Shown here piece after piece: positions 18,620-26,949 of a stretch of 64,000 bases of DNA. Both the position numbers and the translations under genes were made by a program. Origin of the DNA: an uncultured Prevotellaceae bacterium (GTDB lineage: Bacteria; Bacteroidota; Bacteroidia; Bacteroidales; Bacteroidaceae); contig CADCAX010000007.1 of assembly GCA_902799455.1 (NCBI GenBank), positions 1,444 to 65,443 on the forward strand, given 5' to 3'. Below the pieces are notes generated by a model. That model was not told the DNA's origin. It saw only the letters and a program-made list of their open reading frames with translations, and ran no database searches. How positions within the stretch are numbered: the stretch's first letter is position 1; every line of letters begins with the position of its first letter.

Positions 18620-19645
18620 ATGAAAGCAATACAGATTACACATCAGCAAGAGCTGAACATTATTGAGATAGAAAAGCCCCAGGCTCTTGGTCAGGGCGAA
18701 ATATTACTGAAGTTGCATTATGTTGGTTTCTGCGGAAGCGACATCAATACCTTCATGGGCCGTAACACTATGGCTCTTAATCCTGTAATTCCTGGCCATG
18801 AGGTGGGAGCTACCATCGAGGCTGTGGGTGAAGGTGTCCCCGAAGGTCTGAAGCCTGGCATGGTTGTCACCTGCAATCCTTATACCAACTGTGGCAAGTG
18901 CGCATCATGCCGTAATCAGCGTGTTAATGCCTGTCAGCATAATGAGACACTGGGTGTACAGCGCAATGGTGCCATGAAAGAGTATATCGTACTGCCTTGG
19001 GAGAAAGTAATACCTGCTGGTCTGCTTACGCCAAAGGTATGTGCATTGGTAGAGCCTATGAGTGTTGGCTTCCATGCAGTTAGTCGTGCACAGGTTACTG
19101 ACATCGATGTGGTGCTGGTTATCGGCTGTGGCATGGTTGGCATGGGAGCTGTGGTACGTTCCGCAATGCGTGGTGCCACTGTAGTAGCTGCCGATATTGA
19201 TGACGAGAAGCTGGCTTTGGCAAAGAAAATGGGGGCTTCCTACACCATCAACACTAAGACAGAGGATGTTCATCAGCGCATTCTCGAGATGACCAGCGGT
19301 TTTGGTCCTGACGTGGTGATTGAGGCTGTGGGTAGCACACCGACCTATCAGATGGCTGTCGATGAGGTCGCCTTCACAGGACGTGTGGTATGTATCGGTT
19401 ATGCTAAGGCTGAGGTATCGTTCCAGACAAAGTATTTTGTACAGAAGGAACTTGACATCCGTGGTTCACGAAATGCCCAGCCTTCAGACTTCCGTGCTGT
19501 CATACACTATCTAGAGCGTGGCACATGTCCTACAGACGCTCTTATCACAAAAGTTATCAAGCCCGAAGAGGCTCTCGACACCATGCGCTGGTGGAGCCAG
19601 AACCCTGGCAAGGTGTTCCGCATCCTCGTTGACTTTAACTCCTAA
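18620..19645 (+). CDS. Zinc-dependent dehydrogenase, L-galactonate 5-dehydrogenase-like
   Basis: 'GFCGSD', 'GHE', structural Zn site CGKCASC...C, 'GCGMVG', 'KELDIRGSRNA'. Confidence 0.85.
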   Translation: MKAIQITHQQELNIIEIEKPQALGQGEILLKLHYVGFCGSDINTFMGRNTMALNPVIPGHEVGATIEAVGEGVPEGLKPGMVVTCNPYTNCGKCASCRNQRVNACQHNETLGVQRNGAMKEYIVLPWEKVIPAGLLTPKVCALVEPMSVGFHAVSRAQVTDIDVVLVIGCGMVGMGAVVRSAMRGATVVAADIDDEKLALAKKMGASYTINTKTEDVHQRILEMTSGFGPDVVIEAVGSTPTYQMAVDEVAFTGRVVCIGYAKAEVSFQTKYFVQKELDIRGSRNAQPSDFRAVIHYLERGTCPTDALITKVIKPEEALDTMRWWSQNPGKVFRILVDFNS

Positions 19646-19659
19646 TTCTTAATTGATAA

Positions 19660-20037
19660 ATGGAAGGATACATACAGAAATTGTCTGACGGAAAGACAAA
19701 ACGTTACGTACAATATTTGGAAATCATCAACGATCCGGAGTTGATTTCCATGTATCGCAAGTGGCATTCTGAGGAATATCATTGGAAGGAGATACGTGAT
19801 GGCATCCGCGATGTGGGCATACTTGAGATGGAACTCTATCTCATTGGCAACCACCTGACAATGATTGTTGACACTCCCATCGACTTCGACTGGCAAGAGG
19901 CTATGGACCACCTCGCCAAGTTACCCAGACAGGCTGAATGGGAAACATTCGTTGCCAAGTTCCAGGGCAGTAATGCCAATGCCCGCAGCGACGAGAAATG
20001 GCAACCCATGGAACGTATCTTCCGACTCTATGACTAA
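19660..20037 (+). CDS. L-rhamnose mutarotase-family protein
   Basis: 'DPELISMYRKWH...WKEIRDGIRDVGI...QAEWE...WQPMERIF'. Confidence 0.85.
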   Translation: MEGYIQKLSDGKTKRYVQYLEIINDPELISMYRKWHSEEYHWKEIRDGIRDVGILEMELYLIGNHLTMIVDTPIDFDWQEAMDHLAKLPRQAEWETFVAKFQGSNANARSDEKWQPMERIFRLYD

Positions 20038-20100
20038 AAGCTTAATGCTTAATGCTTAAAACTTAATGCTTAAAACTTAATGCTTAATGCTTAATGCTTA
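20038..20100. repeat. Heptamer array (CTTAATG/CTTAAAA)n
   Basis: About 9 copies directly visible. Confidence 0.9.
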
Positions 20101-20138
20101 AAGAAAAAAGGAAACCCCAAAAGGTTTCCTTTTTTTTC
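20101..20138. terminator. Bidirectional intrinsic terminator (probably the original tRNA-Ser terminator, displaced by the island)
   Basis: AAAAAAGGAAACC-ccaaaa-GGTTTCCTTTTTT hairpin; near-identical copy at 27354-27388. Confidence 0.8.
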
Positions 20139-20263
20139 TATCTCAGCGGAAGATGAGGGCTATCTACCCTACTCTTCCCTATATGTGTGGAAACCAGTGT
20201 TTTTACTCGTTTGTCACCATTTATTAAAGAACACCTTTTGTCATAAATTAGTAATGACAAGTG

Positions 20264-20295
20264 CAAAGATAAGCAAATAATTTGAATCCTCCAAA
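20264..20295 (-). promoter_or_regulatory. Consensus promoter pointing toward the left att site, with no ORF downstream
   Basis: Minus strand reads TTTG-N20-TATCTTTG. Confidence 0.6.
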
Positions 20296-20313
20296 TATTT
20301 CTGCAGATATCTT

Positions 20314-20586
20314 TTATTTGTCATTGTAATGCCCTTCCACCTCAACTATCAGCACGGTGACAACATCGTCATAGATGTCGTAGATGATGCGGTCATGAGC
20401 CGTGACGCGACGAGACCAAGTAATATCATTGCCCCCCCTTAATGCTTCAGGATGTCCCGTGCCGGTCCTTGGATGATCAGCTAGTTCGTGGTAAATCTTC
20501 TCATACTTTTTCCAAAGTTGAGGATTGGATTTTTTCCACTTCCGGACAATTTTATCAGCCTGCGCTGATACTTCTATACTATACAT
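20314..20586 (-). CDS. Txe/YoeB family addiction-module toxin
   Basis: 'HPRTGTGHPEALRG...WSRRVTAHDRIIYDI...GHY', the RelE/YoeB signature. Confidence 0.93.
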   Translation of the reverse strand: MYSIEVSAQADKIVRKWKKSNPQLWKKYEKIYHELADHPRTGTGHPEALRGGNDITWSRRVTAHDRIIYDIYDDVVTVLIVEVEGHYNDK

Positions 20587-20588
20587 AA

Positions 20589-20768
20589 CTACATGGAATC
20601 GAAATAGCGCTCAATATCCTCGTGAGTTTTTAGGCTTATAGTCTTACCTTCACGATACTCCTTTCTTGCCTTCTCTATTTTTGCAGCCAATGCAGGAGTA
20701 ATTGTCAAGTCACCGTCCTCAATAGGAATGATAGCATATCGTTGCTTTTGTTGTTCTTGGGGGCAAAG
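20589..20768 (-). pseudogene. 5'-truncated Phd/YefM-like antitoxin (C-terminal half only, no ATG start)
   Basis: Hand translation gives ...QRYAIIPIEDGDLTITPALAAKIEKARKEYREGKTISLKTHEDIERYFDSM*, ending 2 bp before the toxin ATG. In-frame TAA at 20771-20769; possible TTG start at 20708. Confidence 0.7.
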
Positions 20769-20795
20769 TTAATAATATTTTATGAAACCACCAAA
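20764..20795 (-). promoter_or_regulatory. Consensus promoter for the toxin-antitoxin locus
   Basis: Minus strand reads TTTG-N20-TAACTTTG. Confidence 0.65.
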
Positions 20796-20835
20796 TAAAA
20801 TGTACTTTCGTGTGTACATTTACATACAAACAAGA

Positions 20836-20896
20836 AAAAAACTGCCACCATTGAGTCACAAAATACGAATCTAATCATGTAATCAATGGTAGCAGC
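20836..20896 (-). terminator. Likely terminator of the island cargo operon
   Basis: Arms CTGCCACCATTGA / TCAATGGTAGCAG with a large loop, followed by a T-run on the minus strand. Confidence 0.5.
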
Positions 20897-20904
20897 TTAA
20901 ACGT

Positions 20905-21456
20905 CTATTCCTTTACACTGAATGTTGACATATTGGAAAAATCAGTATTTACAGCATATTCGCCAGGCTCAGCATTTTCTATTACTACGAGGTAGCAGTT
21001 CTTACCATATTTTTTTGTCACAAAAGGAACATTGCTGAAATTCATTGTGAAATTAGTGCCCGACATAACGCCGCCCTCAGCCATCAGGTATGTCCTTTCC
21101 TTCTTTTCTACATCAAATTTCATGATACCGAAAACCTTCCTCGGCTCTTCCTCATTGTTGGCTGCTTTAACAATGAGAGTAATCCTTCCTGCCTTTACAG
21201 AAACAGGAGCCTCCTTTCCTTTTATGACATATTTTGCCTTTGTTTTGTCGAGAAATCCAGAACCAGGAACAGGTATCAGACCGAATTTTGTTGACTTTGT
21301 CTTCATCTTTACCTCTTCCTTCTGTAATAAAGTCGTTGTGCTGTCGCTGTTAACGATTACTACTTGCCCGATGTACTCAGGCTCAATGTTAGCTGACTGT
21401 GCAAAGCATATAATAGACATTGCAACCATAACTGCTGATAATAAGATTTTTTTCAT
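20905..21456 (-). CDS. Hypothetical secreted protein
   Basis: Signal peptide MKKILLSAVMVAMSIICFA-Q; C-terminal 'AEPGEYA'. Confidence 0.8.
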   Translation of the reverse strand: MKKILLSAVMVAMSIICFAQSANIEPEYIGQVVIVNSDSTTTLLQKEEVKMKTKSTKFGLIPVPGSGFLDKTKAKYVIKGKEAPVSVKAGRITLIVKAANNEEEPRKVFGIMKFDVEKKERTYLMAEGGVMSGTNFTMNFSNVPFVTKKYGKNCYLVVIENAEPGEYAVNTDFSNMSTFSVKE

Positions 21457-21523
21457 AACATGGAATTTATATTTATCATACCCAGAATAGTTTCCCATCC
21501 ACCATTACGATTCATAGTATCAC

Positions 21524-22939
21524 TTATTTAATCGAAAAAAAGTAAGCGCCCTGTGCCAAAACCGATACTTCAAAACCTTCAAGACGTTTGCGCCACTTCT
21601 CGTCTTCCTCCTCAGAAACAATCTGCTTAAAATACTCATCCACATCTGGATTACGGATGATGAAGGCATATTCTCCTGGTTTTGCATCAATAGTGACATC
21701 AAGAGCTGTAACATGGCCTATCTTACGAGATTTGGTCGTAATTTTCACATTTTTGGCTTCAGGAATAACATTGGTATAGCAAAACTTTTCTTGATTTAAG
21801 GTGTTTTGCAACAACCTTTCCAACATAAACTGAGATTCTATATTCATCATCGCTTTAAATAAATCTTCATCTGAGAGTTTATTTTCTATATTGGCATCAA
21901 TATATCCACCATTAATAAGACGGTCGGAAACATAATCATGTAGTTCGCTTTCCTTATAACTAATTTTTGAATACATATACTCCATAAACCGACATCCAAT
22001 ACCCTTGTGCACTTTAAACACAAATATGTTCTTAGGATCTATGGGCTCCATAAAGTCAGAAACTTTACGTCGCTGTATATCGTTGACTGTCAAATCAGGT
22101 TTAAGTTCGAGATTAGAGTAAAGTGTGAACTTGGCCACACCATCAAATTGCTCATCAGCATGTCGATGATTGTATATCACATAGTTCTGTACACTATCTA
22201 CTATAACTCTATCAGCAAAAGGATTCTTTAGGAAAGTTTTCCAGTCTTGCACGTATTTCTTTACAGCTTCTTGACCGAAATCAGGTATTGGTCGCTCTTC
22301 GGTAATCTTCTCAATATTCGTTACCATCATCGGCTTCATGCTTCCATTCATATTTGCATACACACCGATAGAGTCTTTGAAAGTTTCAATTCCTTCGTAT
22401 TCAAAGGTAGTTCCATATTTTTCGTTCAAATAGGTTGCCTCCTGCATAGTCGGCTGACGTTGTTCAGCCATTATCTTCTTGAATACAGGGTCATCCTGAA
22501 ATCCTGACATTTTCTGAACTTTTGCATAAGCATCCTGAAAATCCTTGCTATCGTAGTCACTTCCAGTTTCTTTTAACACTTTTTTTGTTATTTCCTCCTG
22601 AGACATACCGCCGTATTTCTCTTCGTAATACTTCTTCATGGCAACCGTATCGCCTTGCATCTCCATAAGTTTCTTAAGCTCAGGGTTGTTCTCGTACATC
22701 CGCTGTCGTGCTTCAGCGACTGCATTCTTGTACTCTACACTTGCTGTGTCAATGGTGACATCACTATGGATGTCTTTCACTTTTGTATTGCCCCATGCTT
22801 CTTGAGCCTTCTTTTTCGCTTTTCGTGCATCATTGGCAGATTTGACTCCTCTGAGCAAGCCATCAAGACCACCAAATTGTGCCTGACATTGTGTTGTGTA
22901 CAACGCCATAACGAATAAAATAGATAATAATTGTTTCAT
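21524..22939 (-). CDS. Hypothetical secreted protein
   Basis: Signal peptide MKQLLSILFVMALYTTQCQA-Q; C-terminal 'AKPGEYAF' resembles the neighbouring gene. Confidence 0.8.
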   Translation of the reverse strand: MKQLLSILFVMALYTTQCQAQFGGLDGLLRGVKSANDARKAKKKAQEAWGNTKVKDIHSDVTIDTASVEYKNAVAEARQRMYENNPELKKLMEMQGDTVAMKKYYEEKYGGMSQEEITKKVLKETGSDYDSKDFQDAYAKVQKMSGFQDDPVFKKIMAEQRQPTMQEATYLNEKYGTTFEYEGIETFKDSIGVYANMNGSMKPMMVTNIEKITEERPIPDFGQEAVKKYVQDWKTFLKNPFADRVIVDSVQNYVIYNHRHADEQFDGVAKFTLYSNLELKPDLTVNDIQRRKVSDFMEPIDPKNIFVFKVHKGIGCRFMEYMYSKISYKESELHDYVSDRLINGGYIDANIENKLSDEDLFKAMMNIESQFMLERLLQNTLNQEKFCYTNVIPEAKNVKITTKSRKIGHVTALDVTIDAKPGEYAFIIRNPDVDEYFKQIVSEEEDEKWRKRLEGFEVSVLAQGAYFFSIK

Positions 22940-22955
22940 GTCTATAATTCCAAAT

Positions 22956-23972
22956 TTAATAGTTTCTTGTCCAATTAAAATCATCCCAAAATGACACTAT
23001 AACGTGATGGGTAAAATTTAAACCGCTAATGGTAACTTTACCGAGAATATCTTCAGAGATTTCTCCATTTTCACGGGATGCCATAATCTCACAACTGGCA
23101 TGATCTGATGACCATCGTTTTATACTTTTCAGATTGGCTTGTTTATAGTGTGTTGTCAATTGATGAACAATAGTACCCATCACATTATCATTTGTTTCCG
23201 GGAAATCTTTAATAATAACATCTACTCGAAAAACAATGTTATTTTTTTCATTATACAGAACCTTGATTTCGCAATCTTTATATCCGTAAAAGCTGCCTTT
23301 GAATATCCTTACGCCTTTTTCCGCATAACGATTATTTTGACTGTCTATAAAGATGCCTTTATTTGCTAATTTCTTTTGGAAAGAATCAATAAATCCGTTA
23401 ATAGATATTCCCAAAAAGTCAAGATGAGGTATTTCAGAAACTACATACTTCATAAAATTGGATTTGTCCAAGATTGCTAGTGAAATAGGGAATTTCGTCC
23501 TACCATCACCCTCATAGGAAGATGGATGGTGTAAAATGAATATTCCCTTGTTTTTATCTGGTGTAATGTATTGTAGAACTTCATAGCCATCTTTTCCATA
23601 GCCGCCAGCCCAAACAGCCTTGTATGTTTTCTGAATATAATCAATTAATGTGTCTCTTGTTGCTTCCATACCCCATTTTGTTGGGAGTGTGTAACTTATT
23701 TCAACACCATAATTATTATTAGAGCCATATGTGCGGAGTATTTCTATTTCTGCCTGGGGAATAATAAAAGTACCCTCCACAGTATAATCTTTGTTTGTTG
23801 ATTGGTAAAATCCTTTTTTCACTAACTTGGAGTAGATTACTGCAGGGTCACCATTTAAAGGAATACCCTTAAATACAAGATGTGAGTTCTGTGAATAGAT
23901 AGAATTACACCCAAAAGTAAGAATTAACAAACTACATATAAGACTCTTCAATTTATTCGTCATAATAATCAT
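22956..23972 (-). CDS. Hypothetical secreted protein with an internally duplicated domain
   Basis: Signal peptide; 'HLVFKGIPLNG...SKLVKKGF' recurs as 'HLDFLGISING...KKLANKGI'. Confidence 0.8.
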   Translation of the reverse strand: MIIMTNKLKSLICSLLILTFGCNSIYSQNSHLVFKGIPLNGDPAVIYSKLVKKGFYQSTNKDYTVEGTFIIPQAEIEILRTYGSNNNYGVEISYTLPTKWGMEATRDTLIDYIQKTYKAVWAGGYGKDGYEVLQYITPDKNKGIFILHHPSSYEGDGRTKFPISLAILDKSNFMKYVVSEIPHLDFLGISINGFIDSFQKKLANKGIFIDSQNNRYAEKGVRIFKGSFYGYKDCEIKVLYNEKNNIVFRVDVIIKDFPETNDNVMGTIVHQLTTHYKQANLKSIKRWSSDHASCEIMASRENGEISEDILGKVTISGLNFTHHVIVSFWDDFNWTRNY

Positions 23973-23988
23973 TTACGTTGTTAAGTTG

Positions 23989-24414
23989 CTATTTATACTG
24001 TATTAATCTCTGCCCTGTTTCCCAACCGCCTTTACGATTCATCAGATCCGGTTCATACCACTTATTGAAGATAACATAATCTCCGTTGTTCTGACGAATA
24101 ATTGTTGCGTTAAACTGCACGTCGTTATGAGTCTTCCGACCTCTCAAAGGGACATATTGCCCCTGATAAGAATGAATGCCACTTACGTATGTACCTCCTG
24201 TGTTTTGATCCATTCCTACACTTTTGATAATCATAGAACCAGGAATGTAGGCTTTTCCTCCAAAGCATGAACTGTAGTGGTATTGGCAGAATGTTTCCAA
24301 TACATACTTGGCTTCTTGCGCTGACAATATTTTGCCAGTTTGGTTATTTACTGATTGTGCATAGCATATTCCAAAGAATGCTATGATCATCATTACCGAA
24401 AGTAATTTTTTCAT
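23989..24414 (-). CDS. Hypothetical secreted protein
   Basis: Signal peptide MKKLLSVMMIIAFFGICYA-Q; 141 aa. Confidence 0.8.
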   Translation of the reverse strand: MKKLLSVMMIIAFFGICYAQSVNNQTGKILSAQEAKYVLETFCQYHYSSCFGGKAYIPGSMIIKSVGMDQNTGGTYVSGIHSYQGQYVPLRGRKTHNDVQFNATIIRQNNGDYVIFNKWYEPDLMNRKGGWETGQRLIQYK

Positions 24415-24458
24415 ATCTGTTACGTTTTAGTTTATCTTTTGTTAGATGTGGCACAAAA

Positions 24459-24628
24459 GAAGCGTGAACTGATTCTGCATCTTTCACTGTTGGGGCCTGA
24501 GAAATCCCATAAATCCAAGATACAGTAATAGCAGTCCACGCATATGCATGGAAGCTAATTACGCTGTCATCTGGATTTACTTGTGAAGTTTCTCAGGCTT
24601 TACAGTGATCAGACTGGCATAACGCTCC
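24459..24628 (-). ncRNA. Candidate structured RNA / cis-regulatory leader (long imperfect hairpin with alternative pairing)
   Basis: Nested arms TCACTGT/ACAGTGA, GCCTGAGAAA/TTTCTCAGGC, TAAATCCA/TGGATTTA, ACAG/CTGT, TCCA/TGGA over 24484-24608. It lies between a TAATTTTG -7 box (24686-24679) and the ATG at 24414. Confidence 0.6.
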
Positions 24629-25133
24629 TATTCTTACCCTCAATGTTATAGAACACACCTTTCGGGTTAATTCCTCGGCAAAATTAAGAATTTTATTTTA
24701 AATCGCCAAGGTTTCCGAACTATTTTTATTTTTTTAGGACATTATGTGCCCAAAAATATTGGCTCTTGCCAACAATCATAATGCAAAGTTAAGCATTCCA
24801 TGTTATAACATGAACGGATTCCCCCTAAAGGTGATTGGGGAAATTCCTATTGACAATTGGAATTGTTCTGCTCTTCATAAAATACAACTATAATAAGAAA
24901 GGCGATTATAGTGTCATGTTGTAATATGCCTCGTACAAACTTATTGCCCAGAGCTTGCTCCCCGACAGATTTGGAGGTCAAGGGCCGTTATGGAATTTGT
25001 TAAAATTCTATAACACTAATTAGGCTTAGTGTTTTTTTCAAAAAACGGTAATTAGGCTTACTGGTCGTGAAACGACCCATGCTATAGCAAGCTATATTCT
25101 GGGTATATTAAGAATATGCTATAGCATGATTAG

Positions 25134-25439
25134 TTAATGCAATATAAGATTATGTTTGATTCTACTTTTCTTCCTAATTGGGATGTTTTGCATTAATGCT
25201 ATAGCATTCAGATCAATATCTAAATCATAAGAATCTGATTCTTTCTCGACGAGTTCTCCCTTATCTGCGAATTCTTTCAATTGGCGAACTGCCCAAAGAA
25301 CCATCAGTCCATCTTTGCCTTTAATTATTTGTGGCATAGATTTCTGCAGAACCTCATCTCTGAGAATCTTCTGTACTTCCTCCTTTTGCGATTTATCAGT
25401 AAAGGAGATTGTTGCATTATTACGCTTCTTCTTTTCCAT
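25134..25439 (-). CDS. Small basic hypothetical protein of the island
   Basis: 101-aa ORF co-oriented directly downstream of the integrase. Confidence 0.6.
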   Translation of the reverse strand: MEKKKRNNATISFTDKSQKEEVQKILRDEVLQKSMPQIIKGKDGLMVLWAVRQLKEFADKGELVEKESDSYDLDIDLNAIALMQNIPIRKKSRIKHNLILH

Positions 25440-25501
25440 TATTTTTCGTTTAAATTTCTCATTTGATAATCATAATATCTCTGATGGAACTTTTTGGACA
25501 A

Positions 25502-26665
25502 TTATCTAATTGTCATTAATTTGCTCTCATATTCCTTCATCGCATCAACTACTGTCTCATCAAGCAGTTTGGCATATACCTGCTCTGTTATGCGAGTTGT
25601 CGAATGACCAAGAATCTTCGCAACTATTTTCATATCTAAGCCACCTTCATTCAAAAGCAGAGTTGCTCCTGTATGTCGAGCCCAATGGCTACTTATAGGC
25701 TTATCTATGCCAGCAGCTTGTGCTACCACTTTTAGATATTCATTGTACTTAACATTAGAGATAATAGGCAACTTATTATGATATTTCTGGAGGATATCAA
25801 GAGCCTCCTGCAGTAGAGGTATGATAAATGTATGGGAAGTCTTTGCGCGTTGACCTATATACACCTTCATGCCTTTAACCTCTTGAATATTTTTCGCCCT
25901 GAATGCAGCGAGATCAGTATATGACATACATGTGAACGTTTGGAAAACGAATACGTCACGCACTCTGCGCAGACTCTCAGTAGCCAACTCTACATCCTTA
26001 ATGGTCTTAAACTCTTCTGGAGAAAGATACTTGCCTATACCACCTGTGGATTTTTCTTTCTTAATACGCACATGCATATAAGGATTCCTGGTCATAAGAC
26101 CTTCGCGAACCGCATCAATAATAAAACTGTTGAGAAATCGATGGTAATTATTCCATTTACTGTATGGCTTCATTCCTTTCTTTTCTAACCATTCATCGAA
26201 AGCAATAATACTACCTTCGTTGACATCCGAGAAAGACTCTATTCCGCCCCACTGAAGGAAAAATCTCATAAAACGATCATAACGTTCCCGACTATCCTTG
26301 GAGAGATTATGCTGTCGTTCCTTTGATCGCCTGCCGCAGAACTCAAGGAATGACATTACTCCTGCTTGTTTACGTTTAACACGTTCAGGAATTGAGAATA
26401 TATCTACTCTACCTTCATCCAGCATGTCATTGATTACCTCTTGAGTATTTCTTATTATCTTCTGAAGTGTAACGTTAAGTTGGGCAGCAGCAGGATGATT
26501 GATAATCGTTCCATCATGCCACTGTCTCTTCTTGACCTTCACACCTGTAGCTATATACTTCTGCTTATAATTATAGGTAATACGTAACTCAACTGAAGCT
26601 TCTATGTCACCCTTGGCGATATGCTTCCGATCATAGATCAATTTTAATAATGGTGTTGCATTCAT
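25502..26665 (-). CDS. Site-specific tyrosine integrase (Bacteroidetes type: Arm DNA-binding, SAM-like and catalytic domains)
   Basis: 'ELRITYNYKQKYIATG' arm domain; 'SSHWARHTGAT', 'ILGHSTTRITEQVYAK'. The first catalytic Arg position reads 'TCMSYTD', a variant seen in Bacteroidetes integrases. Confidence 0.95.
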   Translation of the reverse strand: MNATPLLKLIYDRKHIAKGDIEASVELRITYNYKQKYIATGVKVKKRQWHDGTIINHPAAAQLNVTLQKIIRNTQEVINDMLDEGRVDIFSIPERVKRKQAGVMSFLEFCGRRSKERQHNLSKDSRERYDRFMRFFLQWGGIESFSDVNEGSIIAFDEWLEKKGMKPYSKWNNYHRFLNSFIIDAVREGLMTRNPYMHVRIKKEKSTGGIGKYLSPEEFKTIKDVELATESLRRVRDVFVFQTFTCMSYTDLAAFRAKNIQEVKGMKVYIGQRAKTSHTFIIPLLQEALDILQKYHNKLPIISNVKYNEYLKVVAQAAGIDKPISSHWARHTGATLLLNEGGLDMKIVAKILGHSTTRITEQVYAKLLDETVVDAMKEYESKLMTIR

Positions 26666-26682
26666 ACGCGTTTATAATAATG

Positions 26683-26949
26683 TTATTTAGTAAACGATGC
26701 GTATAACGCATCTTCTTCGAACAGCAGCCGTCCCTGAGCATTATCACCTCTTTTGATATGGGGAAACTGGTCTTTGATTCTCCGAAGATGATATACACTA
26801 TAACCAAGTATGTCGGCAGCCTTATTGATGTCAACATACTTCTTCTCTTTAACCTGCATAGACTGTTCTCTTTTTAATAAAGAAACTACCATCTGTGCTG
26901 TTTTGCCTGCAATTGCGGTCATTTGTTTGTCTGTAAGTTCAATGTTCAT
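26683..26949 (-). CDS. HTH / excisionase-like DNA-binding protein
   Basis: 'YVDINKAADILGYSVYHLRRIKDQFPHIK...GRLLF' Xis-like winged HTH, directly upstream of int. Confidence 0.75.
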   Translation of the reverse strand: MNIELTDKQMTAIAGKTAQMVVSLLKREQSMQVKEKKYVDINKAADILGYSVYHLRRIKDQFPHIKRGDNAQGRLLFEEDALYASFTK

